A DNA stretch of 64,000 nucleotides from Paramecium tetraurelia (GCA_000165425.1 CT868649.1:310001-374000), one strand, 5' to 3'; counted from the first letter of the stretch, positions 12,176 through 27,037 are shown. The notes: generated from the letters alone by a model not told the origin. A program made the numbers and translations.

Positions 12176-15100
12176 ATGTAATTATAAGTAAAAATCACAA
12201 AAAGAACAGATTGCTATATTAGTTTACCCAGGATGTTTTAAAAATTCACAACGCAATCATTTTCTCAAGGAAATTTATGTTAAGTGATAAAAGCGTACTG
12301 ATTTCATTATTATTAGAGTGAATTAATGAAGACCTAATAAATTGCATATTTTGGTTGTTAAGGTATTTCTGAAGATAATCACATTGAAATTGGTTTTTAA
12401 TTTGCTTACCTCTTAAATATCGATGATGATGATTAATTGCAAATAACTTAAGGTAATTTTATTTTTAGAATAAATTTCAGTCTCAAATTGCAATCAATAT
12501 AATGCCATAACCATATATGTTCAAAAATGGTCAGATTATATGATTGTTCAACATTAAAAGGATTAATTTGAAACAAGTCTGCTTAATAATATTTAAATTG
12601 TTTATGATGAATTAATTTTTCCAATATTTTATTAGGAAGGACAATTTGTTACTTTTACATTCAAAGCTCAAGATAACAAGGGTCCTATTGCTATCAGTCC
12701 TAATAGTGAAATTAACATTTTAATTGAGGAAGCATAAAAACCAGAGTAGAAATTGGATTTAATTGAATTAAGTGTATTACTTTCAGATAAAGATTAATTT
12801 GAATCGTTTATTGAAATAAATACAGAACTATATCATAATAACAGATTAGACAAATTATATTAAATCACTTATTCATCATCATTTCCAAAATCATATAGAA
12901 ACTATCAAAAATATACTAAGAATTTGAAAAAAAATAAATAAAAACAAAATATTCCTAAAACTGCAATCGTCTAATTCAAATAAAATAAAGATGTTAACAA
13001 TAAATATTGCTTCATTTCCAAATTTTATGCTAAACATCTTGGAATAAGGGAAGGATAAGTGATTTTAATTAATACACAAGAATATGATATAAGCAAGGAA
13101 TCAACAATTAGAACAATCAAAAGAAATTAGCTTATTTTTCAAAAAATATATTTCAATTTTTACACTGATTCTGATTTACCTTTAAATAAAGAATTTTTCA
13201 TTAAATTGATAATAAGCAAAATTGAAAAAAATTTATAGATTGTTTTATAAAGTAATTCATGATTAAAATATTAGGCAGAGTTCATAATAATTAAAAACAA
13301 CTTTATTTTTTGAGAATTGTCTAACTAATTGGGAATCAACCAGAGCATTTCCTATAAATGTTATCTATTATAAATGAACATAATGAACCTAAAGTAATAG
13401 GAGAAAAAGAGAAAGGATTATTAATCAAATACTTAGAAGAACATGTAAGAATTCTTGGATTTACTAGTCCAATTTAAAAAGAAATCAAGCTTACTTAATA
13501 CTAAAATTTAAGATAAAAAGATGTTCCCTAATAATAAAATATAGGATAAAAAGATGTTAAATAATAAGATTTTTAACTATTTTTGTAACTATTTGAAGGG
13601 TCAATTAAATAAATGAATTCTATTTTAGATTAACAATCTAATTCATAATGTTTGGTAATTTGTAAAGAAATCTAAGCAATTTAAGTGCTAGTTTCCTTTT
13701 TAAAAACAAAATTTGAAGTGATTAAATTAAATTTAGACAAATTAAATCAGTAAGGATAGAATGAAAAACTATAAAATGGTATCATTTTGAATTTAAAATA
13801 GTTAAAAAGTTTATCAAACATATATTTTGGTAATCGAGATAAGTGTGTTTAAATGATATACTAATAATAGTCAAAGGGGTTGAATCTATCAAGAGCATTG
13901 ATTTAATTGATTTTTAATAATCATTTTAAATACTTATTTCAAATGTATATTATCTATAATTCATCTAGATTTTAAGTAAGTTAATGAGAAATTAAATAAT
14001 GGAATATCCTTCAGTTAAATTAATAGTGGTATCGCCATCAAAAGAGTATTTAAATGTAAACCTTGAAAGTATTTATTCTTCTTAGATTAGAAAAATTTTC
14101 AAAGGAGTAAATTATTGAATTCAATAAACCCAAATTAGAACTAAGATAGCGAATTTTCGAATAATTTTATCATTCAGAAGAGATTAAAAAATGTGCTGAA
14201 TAATTAGCTCAAAAGTCTGAAAACTTTAATTTCACTTAATTTCATGCTTTATAAAATAGAGAAAGATACTTAAAAGAATTGAATTAATAAATATCGGAGG
14301 AATGGATTTTATAATAAATTAATGATTTATAGGACTAATAGGTGTAACTGAATAAGAAAATACCAACTTTCAAAGAAATAGGTGGTCTAAAAGAATAAAA
14401 GTAAATAATTTTAGATCTTTTTGATCTACCAATGAAATATGAGCATTTATTTGCAAAATCCAAAATTAAACTACCTAAAAGTGTTTTGATTTATGGGATG
14501 CCAGGATGTGGAAAGACTTACTTTAGTTTGAGTATTTGCAACGAGTTAAAAATAAATGTATTAACAGTAAAAGGACCTGAATTATTAGATAAGTATATAG
14601 GTATATTAACTAATAATAAACTTAAGGATCATCTGAATAGAATGTTAGAGATCTCTTTTAAAAGGCTTAATCTCTATCTCCTTGCATTATCTTTTTGGAT
14701 GAAATAGATTCTGTTGTGCCTGTTAGAACATCATCACATTCAGGAGTTACAGATAGAGTTGTCAATTAATTTTTATGCTATCTAGACGGAGTAGAGGAAG
14801 GAATGAAGGGAGTCTACATCGTAGCTGCTTCAAGTAGACCTGACTTAATAGATCCAGCCATATTAAGACCAGGAAGAATTGACAAGCATGTTAGAATAGA
14901 TTTACCTAATAAGGAGGAGATCCTTTAAATTTTGGAGATTTATAAAGGTCCTTTAGAATTTGATGGAATTGCAGAAGAAGATATAGCTGACTCTTTGTTT
15001 GGGTTATCGCAAGCTGATGTTGTCTCTTTTTTTAAAGAAGCCAGAATATATTTAACTGATAGAATAGTTTAATTAGAAGATTTTAGTCTAAAAAGAAAGG

Positions 15101-15270
15101 TGTAGAAAATAGAGGACTTTAAATTAACTAAGGAATTGTTTTAAGATATTATGAAGAATATGAAACCCAGCTTGAGTTAAAAATAGATACTATTCTATAA
15201 AGATGTATATAATAGATTTGAGAAGGGAGGCATAAAGGATATGAGTAATCAAAAATAAGCCTTATAGTGA
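12176..15270 (+). CDS. PEX1: Peroxisomal AAA ATPase PEX1
   Basis: N-terminus [19 protein letters not shown]2 Walker [31 protein letters not shown]; Walker [35 protein letters not shown]; ends QKQALQ*. Confidence 0.88.
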
Positions 15271-15301
15271 TGATATTGTTAAATTATTTATAAAATATGT
15301 A

Positions 15302-16710
15302 TCATTAAATTATTTTTGATTTGCTGATTCTTTTCGCTACATCAGCATAATATTAATTATTTGAGGCTAATAATTGAACAAATATACTAAAAGCTGATTA
15401 GTACAATTTAAATTCCTATTCGTAATCAAGTTTCTAGACCAAAATTCCAAATTATTTTTATGCTCCTGATTTTGTAGAATCAAAGTATAGAGAACTGAAA
15501 TAAGAATTATAATTCTCTTTGCTTCCATAAACTTCATATTGTTGTCCTCTTTGAACAACATCTTAAATTAATCTAGGGTTCAAAATAAATTAATTCATTA
15601 AGCTTTCAAATATTTAATAGGCCTAAGTTTGTAGATATTTAAATTGACGATTCTACATTCCTTTCAATAGGAAAGCATAATCATAAGAATTAGATTAAGT
15701 AAAGTATTTGTTCATAATACTTGATACTTTTCCATCTAACAAATCAGAGTGAGCAGTTTCTAACCAGACTTATGATTATTGTGTTTTTTATAATAATTCA
15801 GTATGAATGGAATTTTAAAGTTGAGTAAATTACAATTATGATTGGCTTACAATTCTATTTATATAATCCTCATAACTTTGATGGTAGATATTAGCAAATG
15901 CTAAATGAGATGAAACATGCCAAATTTGGCTAGTTTGCTCAATATTTAAGGTTTGTAATGTCTTATCAATTTAATCTTTGCCCAAGAAAGATTGCAGATA
16001 TTCAGCTATACAGTTAGAGTTATACTATATTAGTCCTTCTGCTACTTAATTCAATGTGATTTACTGTTTATTATTTAAACTAGTTAGGAATTTGGCATGA
16101 TGATAATCGAATTGTTTGATATAAAACAAATTCAAGTTATCCAATTAGACTTCCATAAGAGGATTAATTAGATTTATAGAAACCTATCTTGAATATTCAA
16201 GGAGAATTGCAATTTTATTAAAAGGTTGTATTTGAACTTTATCTTTTTGTTGGGTAGATACTAACAGCTAATCATCTTGAAACATAGTGATATAAAATTT
16301 GGAAGGATTCTCCTCATAGAATTAGATGATGGATTTTTATGAATATGGATTAATGTGGAAGTGATCGAGCATTTTATTTGAATTATACATCCAATTCATC
16401 ATTCCAGCCCCTAATGATTTTTTAAATGAAATTAATTAGAGATTCTAAATAGAATCACTAGTTGCATTTGCTGAATATACTATTTCTCCATGATTCTAAT
16501 AGATATTGGTTAAAGTTTTGTTAAATATTTCAAAGCTTGTATCCAATGCTGCTCTTTTAGAAAATTAATCATGGATTGCCTTGAAATTTCCTTAGTTAAC
16601 TCATCTTAATTACCTGTGTTATAGAGTTAGGTTAAGTCTTCAAATTATGATGAATGTCTTGAATATGTTAATAACAGCATAGTTAATATGAAATATGAAT
16701 GGGTAGTCAT
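15302..16710 (-). CDS. Secreted beta-lactamase/penicillin-binding-protein-fold (serine hydrolase-like) protein, catalytic motifs degenerate
   Basis: Signal-peptide-like MTTHSYFILTMLLLTYS; QPFNKIAILLEYSRQVSINLINP..V.LDNLNLFY..FDYHHAKFL...ITLNQVAEGLIQYNSNCIAEYL..LGKDQIDKTLQTLNI follows the bacterial class-A-like serine hydrolase pattern; two small introns. Confidence 0.72.
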
Positions 16711-16830
16711 TATAAAATTTTAATTATAATATTTATGAAAATAGTTTTTTATTTGTTATATATTCTGCTGAATTGCTTGAGCGCTTTTGAAATAATCAAT
16801 CATTAGGAAATCTTTGAATATATATTACGA

Positions 16831-17798
16831 ATGAATGAGCTTAGAAGCAAAAGATACACAAGTCAAATACAATTGTTGTACGATGAACAAATATATGAAT
16901 TGTATGAAGAAAACTTAGAAAATTAAATTAAAAGAAATAAAGAGGTAATGGAGAAGGCATTTTTCATGATTGAAAAGTATTATTTGCCTAAGAAGACCTG
17001 TTTGGAAGGAATCCTGGATTCGATTCTAATAATGGAACCTTTGTTTCATCATATTTAATACGATAAAGAGACTTTGAACACCTATTTTTATTCGGTCGAT
17101 CAGCTGAATTTTAGATCAAGTTGCTATTAGGTGTTGTAAACTATAACAGATCAAGATGTTGAATTAAAGAGCAAGGATGAGATAGAGAAGATGGAGCTAT
17201 TTTAGGAATTTTATGATAAGTTTTATTAAAATGATTTTACTTAGAGTAAAATGTATTTAGAATCAAGAGCGATGGATTTTAGGAAAAAGTTAGAAGAATT
17301 CACCGAGTTGTTTAGTGATGATTCTCAAAAGATTTTAGATGTCACCAAGTAATTAATGTTAAAGGCCAAACAATCTTTAAACAATTTAAGACTATTAATT
17401 CAACCTGAAACAGACTAAGCCATATGTAGATATTATGTCTTTAATGTAGATTCTTACAATATTCAAAAGCAGAGGTACGATTTATTAAGAGAGAAGGAAG
17501 TGTTTTTGAAATAGTAAATCTTGTACAATGACGAAGCATTTCAAATTGAATAGACTTAACATATACAATTGCGAGATAGTGTGGATAAGTTGATAGCTGA
17601 ATAAGAGGTTGGGTAAATATTGATTAAACGAATAAATTAGAGATGTTATATAAAGAATTGAGTGATGAAAATAGATAGAATGTGTTGAACATGATTAGAG
17701 TTCAAAATTGGGATATTATGAAAAACCAAGAGGAAGAAGAATTCAGAAAACAATCTCAAAAATTCAATCCTGGAAGAAGACATGATTATGATTTATGA
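16831..17798 (+). CDS. Hypothetical coiled-coil protein
   Basis: Code-6 ORF from MNELRSKRYTSQ, Glu/Lys-rich, one intron near 17610-17640, ends ...PGRRHDYDL*. Confidence 0.75.
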
Positions 17799-17937
17799 TT
17801 TATTGAATAGTAATAAATAAATTGAAATTCGTAGGGGTCACAATTAAGTTGCTAGTAAATGATCACTGGGGGTTTGTTTAATAGTTGAAAATCAAAATAA
17901 ATATTTTTAGTTTAATAAATAATTAATAGTTATAATC

Positions 17938-19754
<1,817 letters not shown>

Positions 19755-19884
19755 ATTACTAATTTTATTAACCATGTATATTTGCATGGCTAATTAATAT
19801 ATATACTTAAATTACACATTTATATTGTTATATTACTATTGATTTTAACCTTATATTTATTTTTAAATAAAAATATAAAAAAGT

Positions 19885-19956
19885 TGCGTCTATCGGGACT
19901 CGAACCCGACCTAAATGCTTGGAAGGCATTCGTACGAACCTCTATACTATAGACGC
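19885..19956 (-). tRNA. trnG-UCC: tRNA-Gly (anticodon TCC)
   Basis: Reverse strand GCGTCTA...TAGACGC-A acceptor stem, anticodon arm AATGC-CTTCCAA-GCATT, T-loop GGTTCGAGTCC; oligo-T (Pol III terminator-like) immediately downstream. Confidence 0.97.
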
Positions 19957-20115
19957 TGACTGAGAATATAGTAGGATTTATGGTATATGAACATCTCTAC
20001 AAAATCTGACATTATGATTTGACTTGTTTGGTTTTATATTAAAATACACATATTTGACTTAAAATACAATTAATATTAAGATATATAAGGAAGTTATTAG
20101 GAATATAACAAATAC

Positions 20116-20839
20116 TCATTTTTTATTATTTTTAAAACTATTTTATTGTTTTTAGCTCGATAATTTCCTCACTTATGGATTATCCTTCTAAGGTTGCTCT
20201 TTTAGAACTTATACTTTGCTAATTATAAAGAATATAATATACTCATTTATTTTGACTTATTGATTAACTCTTTTTATAGCTGACTCTAGATAATCGTTTG
20301 AAGTTGATGTGGCTAACTTTTTAATTATTCTTTGATTCTAATCAATAATTTTTCTTTTTTCATCTAATTTTTAAAACTTTTTATCATAGCCGATTTTCAT
20401 CTGTAAATTTATATATATTCTTTACCTATGTCATAACATCCTTTTCTTTTTAGAGTTACTCTATTTTATTGGCTTAGTGAGATTATTTATTTTTGAGATC
20501 AAAATGTAACTTCTTAAGAATGAGTAATTCCGTTTCCTATACTACAAGTTTTGCTTGTAATTCTGCTATGATTTAAAGTTGCTCATTTTCGAGTTCTGTT
20601 TGTGGAGGAGAATTTTATTTTAACTTCTCATATATTTCATCGTAAGTGGCTTTTAATGATGGTTTTTCTTTGAAATATTCTTCATACATTTATTCTTCAT
20701 CAGATGAACTTCCATTAGCTGAAATATCCAGATTTTCATTTAAATTGAGCGGCTCTTCTTCCTTGATTTGTTATGGAACCTCTTAAGTTTAATCTTACTT
20801 CTCTTGTATTTGTTATTAAATAAAATCTAAAAAGTTCAT
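20116..20839 (-). CDS. Hypothetical acidic/coiled-coil protein
   Basis: ATG 20839 MNFLDFIQQQIQEK..., one intron near 20400-20427, TGA at 20116. Confidence 0.7.
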
Positions 20840-21044
20840 AAATTTATGTAAAATTTTTCACTCTTTCAATTCAATTGTAATTTTTTTTTGGAATAAAACG
20901 TTATATGCTTTTAGATAAACAATTAATAAATCTTATATACATACATTAATTAGCATTTATTACTCAAATTAAATTCCTTTTCATCATCAAAAGGGATTAT
21001 AAATAATTGATATTAATAAAAATAAGAAATCTGAATTTTTTAGC

Positions 21045-22808
21045 ATGGACAAGAGGCTTTTCTCCAAACGGACTTTTCATTTTCTGACTATCATCTTTAT
21101 CAATTTTGATCATGGAATCATTCCTGCTTGCACTTAAAGAATTGAATCAGATTTCGGAATTAATGAATTTGAAGTAGCATATATAATTATTATGATTAAA
21201 ATAGTTGGGTTTGTTGAGTTCATCTGTTTTTGCTGGAATCATTATAGGAACGATGATAGGAGCAGGAATCTATGATAAATTTAAGACGAAATCAATTCTT
21301 ATAACTTGCTCTTTACTTTACATACTGAGTATATCGGTATTTCTCATTACAAAGAATATTGTGTTATTACATTTTTCCAGATTCTTTACAGGGTTGTTTT
21401 AAGTATGCTTCATCAATTTAATTGGCATTTTTAGTTATTTATTTTCCTGTTTGGATTGATCTCTACGGGGGTAAATAAAGAAATGAGCAATTGACATTCA
21501 TGCAAATAGGAATCCCCTTGGGAACAATGTTAGGATTCTGGATAAGTTCATTATCTCTTTAGATTTCATTAGATGTAAATTTTTATATAAGGGTTTAAGT
21601 GGAGATAAGCATTTTATTTCTAGATCGTAGGCTTGTCTCTGTGCTTGTTGTATTATGTATTTTCTGAGGATGATTAATTTTCAATAAAAATCAGAGAGGA
21701 AAGAGATTAAAATTAAAGTTTTTCAACAGTGTTACTTTCAAATTGTAAAACATTTTTTACAAATCCACTTTTTGTCTTATCCATGTTAACATTAAGTTAA
21801 TTGTTTTTTGTTTTGACAGGAGTCTAATTCTGGATGACTGATTATCTCAATAGTGTTATGTTAATGGAATACAATCTTGCTTCTTAATCATTTCTAATAA
21901 TCTCAATGACTGCTCCTTTAACTGGGGTGTACTTAGGTAGTTAAGTCTTAAATAATGATGTGGGAAATAAAGGATTTAGAGTCATGAAAATTGCTGCAAT
22001 CGAATTATCTTTAGCAAGCATCTCATTAGCTTTGATTCCACATTTTGACAATTTAGAGATGATACTAGTGCTGTTTTGGTGTTTATTATTTTTTGGAGGC
22101 AGTGCTATTCCTTCATTAATGGGAATAATGATTACATCGTTACAAAGAGAAGAGAGAACAAGTGGAAATTAATTACGCCAGTTATTTTTTGATTTGTTTG
22201 GTTATCTTCCAGCACCTGCCGTTTATGGGTATGTTTAAATTACTTCTGGTGGTTTAACATCCCGAAAGGGAATGGTTATGCTTTCCTGTATCAGTTTCTT
22301 AAGTTTAATCTTTTTGTTGCTAGCAATTTACAAGAAATATCTTTCGATAAAAATGATTTGTATAGATTTAAATGAATCAGAGTTCAGAAATAAATTGCGT
22401 TCGCTTTCTCATCATTCTGGTGACAACAATGATGAATATCAAAAGAAAGATTTCTCATATATAAGAATGCAAGCCACTAGTCATAAATTTAAATAGATTA
22501 TTCATTCACATTATACTGAGTAGATTGAGGGAGATCAATTATCAGAAAATGAATCACCTTTGATAATTGGTATGGAATCACAAAGAATAAGAAATGCATA
22601 TAAAAGTTAATGTTCTTATTTGCATATATTTTATAATGTTTCAAGTTTTATAGGAAGAAGAAGTTTAGAAAATGATTTATTTATGATCAAAGATGATTAA
22701 GCTTAGATTAGGATGAAAAGTCAAAATACTTTTGAGTTGAAGCTTTTAGGAGCTAATCATTTTATAAGTGAGGAGAGATTTGGACAACAATAATAATAAT
22801 AATAGTGA
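21045..22808 (+). CDS. Major facilitator superfamily transporter, Spinster-like
   Basis: INFDHGIIPA, LGLLSSSVFAG, SRFFTGLFQ, YFPVWID, FGYLPAPAVYG; many hydrophobic segments; two introns; ends in poly-Q then TGA. Confidence 0.9.
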
Positions 22809-22838
22809 TTTATTTGATTATTAATTTTAAAAATATAA

Positions 22839-23326
22839 ATGAGCTTAGAAGTTAAGAATGCACATAGATAAGCTTTTAAAGAAATCTTTTCAATGAAGGC
22901 TGTAGAAGGAAAACTAGACAAAAAGGGTTTGGCTGATCTCTTCATCATGATTGATTATAAGGTAATATCATTTTTATTTATAATTCTTAGATACCATAAG
23001 AACAATTTGATGAGATGGTCTAAAGAATATTTGGTAAAAAGGAATAGATTGGGTTTGAAGAATTTTTAAAAATCTTTAATTTAAAACTGACAGATTACAC
23101 TTTTAATGATGTGAGAAATGCATTTAAATTGTTAGCAAAAGATGATGACAGGTATAATAATCTATTATTTAGGTACATCCCATTGGAGAAGATTAAAAAA
23201 GTATTGCTAAAAAACAATGTTCCAGCTGAAGAAGTTGAATTTTTATGTCACTAATTGGATCCATTTACTGACACTATGAAGAGAGTTAATTATGCTGAAT
23301 TCTTGAAGAGCTTGAGCAATGTTTGA
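22839..23326 (+). CDS. Small calmodulin/centrin/myosin-light-chain-like EF-hand protein
   Basis: AFKEIF...IGFEEFLKIF...DVRNAFKLLAKDDDRYIPLEKIKKVL...RVNYAEFL; two introns. Confidence 0.82.
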
Positions 23327-23381
23327 TCGATATCCATTAAAAATATTACTTAATATTAAATTATTTAAATAAAATTTAATA

Positions 23382-25023
23382 ATGAACTTTTCCCCACAAT
23401 TAGGATTTCTCGCCCAAAAGTTTTAAGAAAAACAATAGAACAATAGGATCACCAAAGTTGATTTAGAATAAATATTAGAAACTGCAAATTATAGTTAAGA
23501 GGATATTTAGTCTTTAATCTAATAATTTAATGAAGACGAAATAAGTAAAAGTAATTTGTTATATAGCCTATAATTAGTTTTTGTCGATTGTTGGAGTTTC
23601 TGAAAATAGTCAGAACATATAATCCTATTAATAAAATAATGGATATGAGATTGTTTCTGAATATTAACAAAAGTTGACATCTGAATAGCTTCAAAGCATT
23701 TATGATGACTACAAGATAGCTTTAAAAAACTAAGATTTCGAAAAAACCAAGTTTATTTTAAGTATCTAAATTATCTAAATCTAAGATTAATATAAAGATA
23801 TTGATTTAGTTAATAAAATTGATCCATCTCAAAGATAAATCTCAACATACATAGTTGTCTAAGGTCCTGATGATAATATAGCCCAACAAACATTAGAATT
23901 GCTGTTTGATTTTGGCGCCAACCTAAATTACAAAGATTAATTAGGCCAATCAATTTTATTTTATATTTGCAGAGATGGAAGATTAAAGCTTCTTGATTTT
24001 GTTTTGTCGACTAATACTGTGAATGTCAATGATCAAGATCGATATGGACAGACACCGCTGTTCTATGCTGCTAGAGATAATAGATATGATATTGTGGTTA
24101 GGTACTAAGAAAATTCATTATAAATTTAGATTAATACAATATGGAATCGATATTAACATTGTGGATAAACTTTCAAGTCAAACAGCTCTATTCTATGCAG
24201 CCAATGGAGGACATGTTGAAATATGCAAATTATTAATAGAAGTACTACAATCATATTTAATATTAGAATGGAAGTAATCCAAATCATGTTGATTCTTCTA
24301 AAAAAAATGCATTATTTTTTGCTAGAAAATATAACAGAAAGGAGGTGATAGATCTATTTAATTACTATTAAAACAAAAATAAAGATGATATGTCTAAAAA
24401 TAGCGGAGGAAATGATAACAGTAAAGGTGAAGCACCAAGATCATAACAATAGAAGAGGAAATTTAAAGATCTACCAAAACAGTCATACAAATTGATATTT
24501 ACAGATAATTAAGGAAACTAAAGAGAATTAAATTCTGTTGAATTTGTAAAGTTTTAATAAGACTTCCCAGAAGTTGCTAATCTGATTGTAAATGCAGATG
24601 AACTAATTGATGATACAATCATTAACTAGATTAAAGATGATGATACATGGGAGAAGATAGCCAAAAAGGTTTTAGGTATTTATTCTCTATAAATATTTAG
24701 GTATTATTTGGAAAGCAAAAGGAGCTCACTTATTCCATTAACCAGTTGATCAGAAGAAATACGGAATTAGTGATTATTATGAGATAGTGACTAAGCCTAT
24801 GGATTTTGGAACGGTTAAAGTATGTATTCATATGAAAAATTAGAATAAATTAAATTCAAATGTTTATAGTGCTTGTTAGGAATTTTATGATGATGTGATG
24901 CAAGTGTTTGAGAATTGTATTTTATACAATGGAGAAACTAGTGAAGTAGGCTAAATTGGATTGAATATAAAATAAGAGTTTGAAAATCAATTAGAATTGA
25001 CATTATTGAAAAAATATTTATGA
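23382..25023 (+). CDS. Ankyrin-repeat plus C-terminal bromodomain protein (BDP1-like architecture)
   Basis: Ankyrin repeats (DRYGQTPLFYAARDN, QTALFYAANGGHVEICKLL); bromodomain LFHQPVD..YGISDYYEIVTKPMDFGTVK...VFENCILYNG with the conserved Tyr-Asn. Confidence 0.9.
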
Positions 25024-25144
25024 TAACATAAAAGTATCTATCATAATCAATTTTATGACATTAATCGAATATATGAAACATCTAATTAAAATTAAAAATA
25101 TTTATACTTTGATTGTTTAGATTAATTTTTAAATATATAAAATT

Positions 25145-26882
25145 TCAAGAATTGTCTTCAGTTTCTTCTTCTATTTCATAATCAGGAGGTAATATGATTC
25201 TGACTAAATCGTCCATGCTAAGCCTTCCATCTTTATCATTGTCATGTTATTAAAATAGATTCTCAACTTCCTTTTCTGTAAACCCATATGTGAATGTTTT
25301 CTTCATATCTTCTATAGATATGTCTATTAGATTAAATATATATAATTACATCCTTTTCCATCCTAATCTATTAAATTAAAGAGTTGTTTAACTCTAATCA
25401 TACTTTGTTTTGGAAGAATTCTTTTTCTTTTGGCTGGCTGTTTCTCTACTCTTAGAAATTCCATTTCCAAACTTTCTTTCGAACTTTTAGCAAAAACTTC
25501 ATTATATTATTGAATCCATTAGTTAATGATTTTCAATTATTCTTATGTAAGCGAAGGATACAATTTCAACATTAATTCATCAAAAGTAACAAATCCTCTT
25601 TGTTTAGAATCTAAATAATTATATAAGCTTGCAGTGACTCTTTTCATGTGTGGTTTGTTTTGAAATGATTTGGTGAATTCTTTAACTTAAATAACTTAAT
25701 TTTTATCTGAAAGACTATCAAAATAACTCTTTAATTTAAATATCTCATTCCTAGTTAAGGTACACCCTTTTGTAATGATAATATTCTTCATAATCTTATT
25801 AGGCACAATGACTCTTCTGGAGGTGCCATCACGCTAGGTAACAAATCTAATTGTGGGAGATTCATATCTTTAGATTTTCCTTGAATGATCTCCAATAGCT
25901 TTTTCTAAAATTTGTAACTCATCAATATCATCATCCAAGATTTGAGGTTTTGCAATTTTGGGTAGAGAACTGTGAGAAGCTGACTGTTTTGATCTTATTT
26001 AGAGTTGTCTAACACTTTTAGTTGTAGCCTTATAGCTTTCCTAATATTTTTAGTTTAATTTTTCATTGAGACTCTTCATAAAGTATTCATTCTTGTTTGC
26101 TTTTGTTATCATATCTAACATGTTTGCAGCTTCTTATTCGCTGTAAGGCTTAAAGGATTTAAACACTTCAAAAGGCTCTTAGACTTTCTATTTTGGTTCA
26201 TACAAGGTAAATAAGTCTTTGCCAATGTCATTCTCCTTTTCTAACCATTCTATGATTCTAAATCTAAATCTAAATTTTACTCGCTTAACTCCAGTTAATT
26301 ATCAACTTGAATGTCACTCTTTAAAAACATCAATTTTGCAAACTTCTCCAATTACACATAAGGAGGCATTTCTGCATTAGTTAATTTACAATATCCTATT
26401 ATGATTGATTTGATAATTATGAGGAGTTCATTTAAGCTGATGTTCCCATTACAATCCAAATCAAAAACAATATATAAAACTAGTATATCATGAGTTTTTT
26501 ACAATGAATTTTGTGAATATGTTAAGTATGTGAACATATAGTTAAAACACAAATGAGTTCATAAATTGATAAGAGTTTTGATTTCCTACAAAAGTTATCA
26601 AATATATATCCTGCATTAGGACGAGAAAATGGAACTATTTTGCAGAATAAACTTTTATCTATGAAGGGAAGTGAAGTCCTACGTTAAAACTATTCATAAA
26701 CAGCTCGGATTTCAGATAACGACCCTGTATGCATACAATTAAATACAATATAGCAACTATTTTAATGCTGGATCCACCTCTCTAGAGATGTCAAATTTGA
26801 GTTCCATTTTTCTTAAATGCATTGGAAGACTGCTCAGGTTGCCATTCTCATCTTAAGTCGAATGCGAAGAAACGCTACCCAT
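25145..26882 (-). CDS. N-myristoylated multi-EF-hand protein (NCS/calcineurin-B-like N-terminal part plus C-terminal EF-hands)
   Basis: Starts MGSVSS; FDLDCNGNISLNEL; C-terminal DSKQRGFVTFDEL, DQDGKG, DNDKDGRLSMDDL. Confidence 0.82.
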
Positions 26883-27037
26883 TAATCAATTATAATTAAG
26901 AAAAATACATAAAATGATTGTGAAATCAATTAGTTAATCTCTAATTACTATTATCCAGATTTTTTATTGCTGAATTTATAAACATTAACTATTAAGGTTT
27001 CATTAATAAAGTAAAAAAGAGAGTAATAATAATAAGA

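Noticed and set aside
15302..16710. Bacterial contamination or a functional antibiotic-resistance gene
   Set aside because: Uses TAA/TAG as Gln, has ciliate-type introns, abuts PEX1 seamlessly and lacks the catalytic serine.
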